NCBI GenBank assembly: GCA_951406725.2
Contig: OX597817.1
Span: 138,198,001 to 138,262,000, forward strand
DNA: 64,000 nt
Source: Octopus vulgaris
Lineage: Eukaryota
Direction of reading: 5' to 3'
The notes under the pieces: model-generated
The model's input: the letters and a program-made list of their open reading frames with translations, nothing else
What the model was told of the DNA's origin: nothing
Databases searched by the model: none
Made by a program: the position numbers and the translations under genes
Part shown: positions 53,882 to 64,000 of the stretch, piece after piece
Position numbering within the stretch: the first letter of the stretch is position 1
Layout of the letters: every line of letters starts with the position of its first letter

Positions 53882-54139
53882 AGTTTCAAAGAGGAATTCT
53901 ACAAGTATGTTATTAGTCTCCGTGAAAATAAGGTCTCTCAGAGTCAATAACGGTTTCTTACATTCGCATAAGGCAGCATCTTATGATTAAAAAGAAATAT
54001 GATGTCTATATTGAAGACTATATACTCCTACAAAATGCATACATACATACAGTGAAAATGTATACACCCATGCAACAAACGTACAATGAAAATTGTATAG
54101 CTCTAAACTATGTACCCTTAGAACATACAGGGAATATTA

Positions 54140-54250
<111 letters not shown>

Positions 54251-54289
54251 ATTCATTTTACAAGATGTGAAATTGTGTGTTGAAAAAGA

Positions 54290-54931
54290 TATTGTTGTAT
54301 TTCAGGATTGTCATTTCTTTCTTTCTTTTTTTTTGTCAAATAAACCCACAAACTATAAACTTTTTCTTCGCTCGTTTATTATTTTACATATTTTATTATT
54401 CTAATTCGTGTCCATTGTCTGGAAATCTTTTGTCACACATCTGTGACCTCTTCAGTGACACTTTTCGTTTTCGTGTGTGTTCTTGCTCCACTTACAAACC
54501 ATTCTGTTCTTCTAAGATGTGTATCGTTGTGTGCGCATACAGGAACTGTACCATATTTTTTTTTTTTTACTTTTTAGGGGGAGGGGTCTTAGGACAGCAG
54601 CAGCAAAATGGCGTGAGAGGATGGGGGTGAGGGTCAGGCCACACTGCTGCTAAAAACTATGACACGCATACACATACACAAACACATGCACACAGACACA
54701 TGCACACATAAGGATACACATCTTAGAAGAACAGAATGGAATAAGAGGAGCAAGAACACACACGGAAAAGAAATGTCGCTGAAGAGGTCACAGATGCGTG
54801 ACGAAACATTTCCGGACAATGGACATGAGTTAGAATAATAAAATAAGAACAGTAATAAACGAGTGAAGAAAATATATATAGTGCATGTGTTTATTCGACC
54901 AAAAAAATGACCGTCCCGAAATACAATAATA
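54290..54931. mobile_element. Penelope-like insertion with diverged inverted arms of about 240 bp carrying hammerheads
   Basis: 54290-54540 vs 54698-54931. The ORF track shows the shared peptide FYYSNSCPLSGN..ICDLFSD on opposite strands. Confidence 0.8.
54774..54818 (+). ncRNA. Type-I hammerhead ribozyme, near-intact
   Basis: tgtcg-CTGAAGA-g-gtcac-agatgc-gtgac-GAAA-catt-TC-cggaca. The mirror copy at 54416-54460 has GAAA>AAAA. Confidence 0.75.
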
Positions 54932-55059
54932 CACACACACACACATAGTCCATATATACTTACAACATATATATATACAGTAAATATTGTCGACAGCAAA
55001 TAATTAAACGTCTGTCAATAATGAATTCTCAACAATGTTCAACTGAAAAAAAGTATGAA

Positions 55060-55700
55060 TATTTTGTATCCTAAACAGCAGATTTGATTAAGAGAGAAGC
55101 CGGTTTTTCACTTTAGTTAAGTGAGATCCGGCCTCTCCTGAAGCATCAGGGAAGCTCATAGCACCAAAAAGGCATTCCTCAGTTGTCCTAAACGATTGCT
55201 ATAACGATGTTAAAGAATTGTCTTGCATAAAATATAATCTGCTATTAGCTGAGACTTTTACAAGCATCCTGGTGGAATATGAAGCGAGTCAAACACGTGA
55301 ACGCTGATAAGAATTGTTTGAGGAACGATTTCTTCTCGGGGGAGACAATAAAACTAAGTGCCAGAAGGGACTCAGAACTCTGATTCACATTTTCCTTACA
55401 ACTAAACAAACTGTTCTTTCTTAGAATGACAAATGCCACACATTGACGATTCCATTTGACTGGGTTAGGGGAAGAGGGTCATAGAACTGGACCTAATATT
55501 CAATTGTCTCTGATATATTTATTGAATGTTTGTTGAATGGGTGAACAGTCTAGATTTATGCAATATTCACCGAATGTACGTTATAGGCGTATATAGAGTA
55601 GGTTTGTCCGGTGTATGTTTGATTGATGGGTAAATAGCTTAGATGCATACAATATTTACTGTATATGTTTGTGGCGGGGGTATGTATAGTCTAGAGTTAG
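55060..55700 (-). mobile_element. Decayed Penelope-like GIY-YIG relic with downstream long hairpin or hammerhead-like motif
   Basis: NQTYTGQT near 55600-55626; hairpin gagaggccgg..ccggcttctc preceded by CTGATG (55152-55069). Confidence 0.45.
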
Positions 55701-56757
55701 ATAACTGGTTGATTCTTCTGTGATTTCTTCAAGAGAACTTCATGGTGTCTAAGAATAAAATAAAACAGCAGAATCGATTCTTCCCCACCAAAACCGCAAA
55801 GAATGTTTCAGCAAATAAAAGCTTAAAGAAACATAAATCACAGTCGTCTGTTTTCGTCGGGACATCATAGAAAACAAGAGATTTCTTTCTATTAATGGCT
55901 TCTGTTCACCAATAATTAGCATCAACTTTACCATTTAGTTCTGTTAAACTAAACAATGCATTATAATATCAATTCCAATCGGTGTGTTTCTGGGTGAGAA
56001 ACGACGTTCATGGAGCCCGAACACTGGATATTCAATAATTTCCATTATATTCTAAATATTTCCTCCACAAAATCAGGATAACTGTGGTCCGTCAGAGAAA
56101 TGGGCCCTACGATATGGAGTGATTGTTGTAGCGAGAGTCACTGGCCATTCTTCGAAACAGCACCCTTGCAATCATGTCTGTGAGACACAGCTAAACCCGT
56201 GACTCCCTACCCTCCCCCTCCTCTGCTGCATAATTCCCCTTCCGCTTTTCTTTTTCTTTTTTCTATTTTGTCTCTGTTTTTTTTTTTTCTTTTTCGTTTT
56301 TTTTTTGTTTTTTGGTGAGGCAGTTATAGGTTCTTTTTTTTCTCGGAAATTTGATCTTTTATATTTTTGATTCTTTTTTTTCTTCATGTAAAAATATGTT
56401 GTTAATAAATTTGCTTCTATTGTGAACTCAAAAAAAATATCAATAGAAATAAGATTTATTGTAAATATATAAATAAAATTTCAATATATATAACAGTTTT
56501 TTTTATTCAATATATTTTAAAGTAAAAATTGATGTCTATAATTTTAAATATTAAACATCTTTTTTGTTGTTGTTGAGATGAGAGGTACGTAGGTTACGTA
56601 ATGAGAGAGGAATCTACAGAAAGACGAAGGATTGTGTTGCTTGAGATAGGGAGAGAGATTGAGAGTGAGAGAGAGACAGTGACAGAGACAGACAGACAGA
56701 AAGACAAACAGATTGTGAGACAGACAGACAAACAGACAGAGACAGATAGATAGATAA

Positions 56758-56821
<64 letters not shown>

Positions 56822-56869
56822 AGAGAAAGAGAGGGAGAGAGAGAGAGAAATAGATAGATAGATAGATAA

Positions 56870-57015
56870 GTTTCTTTATTGGTCACACAGGGCTGCACAC
56901 AGATGGGACAAGTTACAAGGTAGAGCTTTTCTTTTGGGGAAGAAAAAAAAAGGTGGCGTAGGTTTTCGATCAAAGGGGATCGTAAAAGGGAAAAAAGAAC
57001 AAAAAAAAAAGAAAA

Positions 57016-57020
<5 letters not shown>
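56870..57020 (-). mobile_element. Short L1/Tx1-type 3' end inserted in (GATA)n
   Basis: Minus strand ttgtcccatctgtgtgcagccctgtgtgaccaataaagaaa, with GATA repeats on both sides. Confidence 0.65.
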
Positions 57021-57080
<60 letters not shown>

Positions 57081-57272
57081 CTGGCAGGGGGATATGTATA
57101 GAAGTGAATGTATGTGTGTAGCAGTTCAGGCTGGAGCTTTGTAGGGCGAAATTCGTCTTTCGAGACGACGTTGCATAGTTTGTAGACTGCGAGGCCTGAC
57201 GTTACACGTCGATTCTATTCTCTTGTCTACAGCAATGAACTGCACCTCTCCACTTTTCACACCAAAGGAAGG

Positions 57273-57343
<71 letters not shown>

Positions 57344-58348
57344 GGTGGTGGTGTTAGTGGTTATGGTGATGGTGGTGGCGATTACAGTGATAATAATGGC
57401 GATGATTATGAAGAGACGACAACGGTTATGGTGGTGGAGGTGGTGGTGGTGGTGGTGGTGGTGGTGGTGGTGGTGGTGGTGGTGGTGGTGGTGGTAATTG
57501 TTAACGTGACAGTTTTGGATGTAAAAGTATTGTTCATGATATATGTGGGGACGACGGGGGTGGTGATATGATGAGGAGGAGGAAGAGGAGAATAATGGCA
57601 TGATAGTACTTATTGCTAATGATTAAAAATGCAATTAACAAAAGTAATTAACAACCACACAGACTAATTGCATGCCTTTACATACACACACACACACACT
57701 CATTATTTTGTTCCTAACAAACTAATTGCTGCGTATAAATTCGAGAGGTCGTGGGTGTTTGTTCCCCTCAAAAAACACCATCACAAACCACAATAGATTC
57801 CAGCAAAGAGAAACATGTCACAGTTACAGAGTCGAGGCTTCTATTGATTTTTTTATTACACAACGGAAAATAAAAATAATTTAACGTTGGCTTTGTTTAC
57901 ACGTCACCTGGAAGTTGGTCAAGAGGAACGTTAATCATGGCGATCGGGCAGTCGGTTTCGGAGAATCTGTAAGGGTCATCAACGTAGTATTTCCTTCCAT
58001 GCCAACAGAATAATGTGGTGAAGAAAGCTATTCGAGGTCCTCCAATGCCAATGTTTTATATTGGGGAATTTAGGATATTTACGACGATCAGATGAGAAGC
58101 TTGAATAAGGATGCCCAGAAAGTTTCATGATTTTTTGACAGACCTGTGTGTTTTCGGTAAAATATTAGCAATCATCAGATGACTAATGAGAATAACATAC
58201 ATACATGCATACTACATACATCCACACATACATACATACATACATACATACATACATACATACATACATACATACATACATACATACATACATACATACA
58301 TAGATATATGCAGGCAGGAGTGGCTGTGTGGTAAGTAGCTCGCTTACC

Positions 58349-60393
58349 GCGCATGCGGTTGTTAGTTGCTTCCACACGGAATACTGTCAGGACGGGCTTT
58401 TGTAGCCGTCCTGAACTGAGGAATTACTGAAGGCGCGACTGTAAGTTAGGCATCTGTTTTAGGACGGATTCAGTGGGGGTTTTGTTGTTTTACATTGTTT
58501 TATCTTTTTTTCGAATAAGAAACCTTCACTGGGTCCCGGACATTTGTCTGCTGCAGTCGCGCTAAGTGACTCACTAAGCTATGAGAATTGTTGTTTGGTG
58601 GGCGTGTCTCGCAACCAAAATTTGTGAAAATTGTGAAAATTCGACCAATTCGTGGTAGATTTTTTGTGTGTTCCTGCTGCTACTGTGACCTGGAGTACCT
58701 GTGTGAAGTACCATTTTTTTGGAATACCTGTGGGCCAGGATTACCGAGTAGCCGGAATTGTGTTGCCGTGACTTGAACTGTCTTCCTTCATTCTTTTTCT
58801 CTGCTCTGTCTTTCTGTTCTTTTGTTGTGTTTTTGAACTTTGTTTGCACTTTTTGTTTGAATATTTTTTGGACTGACCTTTCTTTTCTGCAAGCATGGCA
58901 AAAAAGATAAACACTGCGATGAAGTGGGAGATTGTACCCCCAAGTACTGGGTAAAAGACTTCAACGGGAGAACGGTGTTGTTGAGGATATATATTGCAAG
59001 TCCCTCGACACCATCACTGTGTTCTCTTAAATTGAGATAGAGAAAGAGTTGGCAGAATATCTGCCAACTATTAAGTTTAATGCAAGGAGTGTCAAATATG
59101 CAACGGTATGGTTGCTATTTGACACCCTTGAGGAGGCTCGCAATTTTGCGAAAAAAATTCTGTTTCTTCCCGCATATGGTGGGAAGAAATTAACAAGAGC
59201 TTGGGTCTGTGGGCTACCACCCGGGATAGAACCCGAGTGGATAGAAGACGCTATCCGCCAGGGTATGGGTGGCAACGGAGCCAAGCTCCTAAATGTTAAA
59301 ATTCTGCCTGCGGCTGATTGGGTGGGGTCGAAAGCAGTTTTCACCCTGTGGACCCAATCAGCCAATGATCTGTTGTTTCCAGATTTTTTAGGATGGCCAG
59401 TTCTAGGTATCCGATGATTCTTGAGGGACGCCCCCCACCCAAGTGTCACCTGTGCCTGGAACCGGGCTACATTAAGAAAACTTCTCCCAGGACCAAGGTA
59501 AGGTCCTGGATCAGTTAATAAAAGTAGCGCCCCCAGATCCCACATTGGAGGGAGAGATGGAAGCAGTCGAGGAGGTGGATACCTCCTCAAAAAAAGGAAA
59601 CAAAAGAAAGAAGGTGGAAAACAATGGTTACTCACAGAACGACCCTAAAGCTTGGGAGGGGAGGAAGATCCTCCGGATAAAGCGGAGGTACCACACCCTC
59701 CCGTAGCAAAGGGGAGAAAAAAAAGAAAAAGAACGGGACATTGCCGGCGATTGATGGTACGCTGCCGGCATGTCCTGAAACTTTGTCGGTGGGAAGTGTG
59801 CCACCGACAGAGGTTTCTGTGGATCCTCCCAGTGCGACGAGAGATAATTTTGTTATCTTCTTCCATAATGGAGGGGCAATACAAAGCTTCTTAAGGAAGG
59901 TAGAGGGCCTGAAGGAGGAGCCCATGCCCTGGACTGATTGGCTCCGCAGGTGACTACGGAGGACAGATCGGAAGTCGGTGCGTTCAGGGTGTTGGACTCC
60001 TTCCCGAAGGAACAGTTTAGGTTCGCCTTCTGGGGCCCCAACCTGGAGCTGGAGCATTTCCTACGGGAAGCATACAGCCTGGCGGGGGATGAAGGATAAA
60101 GAGGCTTTTGCGCCTAAATATTTATTGTATGTTATTGTGTGTAAGAGGCTCAGCGCCTCAGTTTGTAATGGACTATTAAGTCCATTGATTGTAAAAACTG
60201 AAGTAAGAGGTTTAATACTTCGTTTTTTTTTTTCTGTGTATAAAAAAAAAAGAATAATGTTTTAGAGAGGCAAAAATCGGCGGGCGTTTTTTGTCTTCTC
60301 TCATTAATATCATTCTTTTTCATCATTCGTCTCATCAATGTTTTGTTTTGTCAGCTCCTCTGTGTCATGCTTTTATGGCAAAATTTTGAAATA
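58349..60393 (+). mobile_element. Internally deleted Tx1-like LINE (5'UTR, decayed gag-like ORF1, 3'UTR) inserted in a SINE B head
   Basis: 16-bp TSD aagtagctYgcttacc (58333-58348, 60394-60409). ORF1 relic from ATG 58895 with AWVCGLPPGIEPEWI and knuckle KCHLCLEPGYIKK. Tx1-like tail. Confidence 0.75.
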
Positions 60394-60526
60394 AAGTAGC
60401 TTGCTTACCAACCACATGGTTCCAGGTTCATTCCCACTGCATGGCACCTTGGACAAGTGTCTTCTACTATAGCCTCGGGCCGACCAAAGCCTTGTACGTG
60501 GATTTGGCAGACGGAAACGTCGTATA

Positions 60527-60583
<57 letters not shown>

Positions 60584-60802
60584 ATATATGTTTGTGGGTC
60601 TGTGTTTTTCCCCACAAACATCGCTTGACAACCCGTGGTGGTGTGTTTACGTCCCCGTTACTTAGCGGTTCGGCAAAAGAGACCGATAGAATAAGTACTA
60701 GGCTTCCAAAGAATAAGTCCTAGAGTCGATCTGCTCGAGTAAAGGCGGTGCTCCAGCATGGCCGCAGTCAAATGACTGAAACAAGTATAAGAGTAAAAGA
60801 GC
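60394..60802 (+). mobile_element. SINE family B body (its head lies at 58313-58348)
   Basis: Continues the consensus exactly after the TSD. Confidence 0.9.
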
Positions 60803-61208
60803 ATATATATATATATATATATAACGATAGAGAATATGGAGACTGGTACATCCTCAAAATTTTAGTAGTTATAATTATTAAATACCAAACGATAAGAATT
60901 TCTCAATAGAAAACGAGAGAAAAAATATTTTTAATAATTCTCTCCCCTTGAGAACGTACATTCTCTCTTTCACGGTTTCTCTCTTTCTCCCTCACACTCT
61001 CATACTCTTTCTCTCACTCTCTCTCTCACTCCCTTCCTCTTCCTCTCTCCCTCTTCTTTCTCCCTCCCTCTCCTCTCTGTTTCATTACGAACCAGCTTCC
61101 ATCAGACTGAGTGCACATACACATATACACACACCCATGTGTATGTATATCTATAAATAGATGGATAGATAGATATATAGATAGATAGGTAGACATATAG
61201 ATATCTGT

Positions 61209-61244
<36 letters not shown>

Positions 61245-61249
61245 GTGTG

Positions 61250-61301
<52 letters not shown>

Positions 61302-61390
61302 AGAGAGAGATACATATAGCTGATACACTCATATGCATTTTAGAGAGATGTAGCAAGATAATATATATGAGTGTGTTTGTGTGTGTGTGT

Positions 61391-61444
<54 letters not shown>

Positions 61445-61849
61445 ATTTCTTATTTGTGTATTAAGGTTCATTGGTTTCATGTTTAAAAAAATATCTCAAT
61501 ATCTAAAGAATTTTTCATGCTAATTACGTAGAAGAATGGTGTTCGTCTCCATTTCGGATGAAAGCACAAAGTCACGTGAAATCGCGGAAAGTCTCGTAAA
61601 GAAAACAATAATCCAAGGAGCGCTACTCTTGGGTGTCAGCTTTTGAATGGTTATCACCCTTGAATTTGACTTTGGAGGAAAATTGGATGGTAAAATTTGT
61701 TTGCATTGCATTTTATTATATTCTGTGTATATGTGATGTTTGTGTGTTTGTGTACTGAGGTAGTTCATCAAGGGGGGAATTTTCATTCAATTTTCACGTT
61801 CAGAGAAAGAAACTGTCCTGATTGGGTTAGCGGCGCGGAAGGTGGTTCT

Positions 61850-62170
61850 TCCTTGAAGTGTTTAAGTGTGAAATATTGCTTGTGTACGCAGGGAGAGGTT
61901 CCATCCCTAGTATATCGGATGTTATCTTTTGACTGTACATTTGGTTTTTTAGTGATGCAGAATTCACATTTGCTACCCCGTCCACAGTACTGTATTTTCT
62001 GGCCTTAGCTATGATATTCCATTTCATCTGGGGGTTACTTATTTTTCCTTCTTTCAATGTCCATATCATATTGGAGAGAGATGCTGAATGTCTTTTATTT
62101 TTGTCCCTGAATGACTCCAGGTGTTGTATGTATCTTTCCTTGAACGAGTTGCCCGTCACTCTTTGTTACT
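61850..62170 (-). pseudogene. Penelope-like GIY-YIG endonuclease C-terminal relic
   Basis: TGNSFKERYIQHLESFRDKNKRHSASLSNMIWTLKE..WNIIAKARKY matches the FK.RY..H..SF...LS..IW.LK pattern. Confidence 0.75.
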
Positions 62171-62261
62171 CTGTTGCGATCCATTATACAGGCCTTGTAT
62201 ACAACATGTATATATGTTGTTGAGAAGCAAAGTTCTTACCACACAGCCACACACACATATG

Positions 62262-62299
<38 letters not shown>

Positions 62300-62334
62300 T
62301 CAGTAAATGATGGGGTTGTGTTTTCCTCTCCTAA

Positions 62335-62391
<57 letters not shown>

Positions 62392-62539
62392 TAAAAACAC
62401 TAATGGGTTAGGGTACCCTACAGACGTTTGAAACACGTGTTTTTTTATGAACAAATCAATTACATCATGAGAAATCAGTTTCCTTTAGGTTAATAAGAAT
62501 TTATATCGAATGTTTTACGTTTTAAATTTTAAACTTTCA

Positions 62540-62634
62540 TTCTCCTGAAGAAATCGTTTTTTTTCTTCTTTTTTTTATGTGTTATAATTTATTTATTCAT
62601 CAATAAAAAACGCGTCTGAAACAGCTGTAGTGAA
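62540..62634 (+). ncRNA. Degenerate type-I hammerhead with long stem II; decayed inverted copy at 62388-62490
   Basis: ttctc-CTGAAGA..cgtttttt/aaaaaacg..GAAA-CAGCTG-TA-gtgaa, with palindromic stem III ACAGCTGT. Confidence 0.65.
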
Positions 62635-63126
62635 CCTCAACCAATTTCTGTCTTTGCTCATTTTACATCATACCTGGAACCTCCTCTATGTTAGGACCTC
62701 GATCTTACACTGGATCGTGAAACTGAATGCCGAAGTACGTCTGTATGTGGTTTTTATATACACATCTATATTTACATTGATGAGTAGAATGAGTGTTCAT
62801 GTGCATGTGTGTGTATATACATGAATATGTGCGTGAATGTCTATATATACTGTTGAAATGCGGATATGCTATTCTCTACCCTAAATTGCCATATAACATA
62901 TAATAAATGACAAATAAGACTTTCACGAAAGGTTCGCGCAGGTTATCGAATAAATGATATGGAGATGCGGATGGTTGAGTTGTGTTCTGGTTGCGTAGTA
63001 ATGATACACAACACATGTGAACAATTAACAGGAACTTTATTCCCTGCACAAAATATTTTCCTTGTTGGTCTTGAATTAATAATACAAACAACAGAGCAAA
63101 CTCTGAGAAGACAATTCTGTAGATAT

Positions 63127-63359
63127 TATTTCTTTATTGCCCACAAGGGGCTAAACATAGAGGAGACAAACAAGGACAGATAAAGGGATCAACTCGATTA
63201 CATCGACCCCAGTGCGTAACTGGTACTTATTTAATCGACCCCGAAAGGATGAAAGGCAAAGTCGACCTCGGCGGAATTTGAACTCAGAACTTAACGGCAG
63301 ACGAAATACCGCTAAGTATTTTGCCCGGCGTGCTAACATTTCTGCTAGCTCGCCGCCTT
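63127..63359 (-). mobile_element. SINE family A copy with TSD
   Basis: caattctgtagatat on both sides. Confidence 0.92.
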
Positions 63360-63857
63360 GTCAATTCTGTAGATATGACAAAAGAGCTGTTTAGTAAGGT
63401 TTTGTGAATACGCTGTCAAGACTGGAGAAATATCACACTAAATTCTTGACTGCGAAACTGTAGCTGTTGTCTGCTAGGTTAGAATAATACATTATTAAAA
63501 CAACTGTTAAATGTTGGAAAATGAGGTAATCGGTCGATCACACGAAATGGTTGTTACTAAGCCGTGACTTTAACTCGGCTATTTGGCGATTCTGTTTCGA
63601 ATATACTGCAATTTTTTAGTAGGAAGTAATGTACCCAGATAACGAGTTATCCTCAGATCGAAGAAAAGCTACTTCCAGTATACTGCATGTCCCGTTGCAA
63701 CTGCACAATTTGTATGCACACTACACAATCATTAAGACACCATTTAACAACAGATCGGAAGAAAGAAATTTCCCTTAGAAACAGTGCCAAGTTTAGGTAT
63801 ATGCAACAAAATCTACTGTTAAGGGACTTCCCAAATCGTAGGGGCCTCGACATCACT

Positions 63858-64000
63858 AAACGGTGAGCTGGCAGAATCGTTAGCATGCCGGGCGAAATGC
63901 TTAGCGGTATTTCGTCTGCCGTTCAAATTCCGCCGAGGTCGACTTTGCCTTTCATCCTTTCGGGGTCGATTAAATAAGTACCAGATACGCACTGGGGTCG
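63858..64000 (+). mobile_element. SINE family A copy (runs off the window)
   Basis: Head and core present. Confidence 0.9.

Overview
Eukaryotic, AT-rich, essentially non-genic DNA. The repeat landscape (dense microsatellites, several tRNA-derived SINE families) looks like an octopus/cephalopod genome; this is an inference. I found no convincing host protein-coding exon, and almost all listed ORFs are microsatellite or SINE read-throughs. Recognisable mobile elements: a near-intact 5'-truncated R4/Dong-type RT-RLE retrotransposon (29010-31873, -), L1/Tx1 fragments including a TSD-flanked non-autonomous copy, Penelope-like GIY-YIG relics, a decayed Tc1/mariner transposase, a Tigger-like MITE, non-autonomous Helitrons and a SINE-derived 34-bp minisatellite. 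The main signal is a set of at least five unrelated insertions bounded by inverted repeats, each carrying a minimal type-I hammerhead ribozyme motif in the same outward-facing geometry (Penelope pLTR-like). One has apparently identical 244-bp arms with an intact core (35534-36820). Another is a tRNA-headed SINE with a hammerhead-bearing tail (50271-50868). All folds and alignments were done by eye, and coordinates of degraded repeats are approximate.
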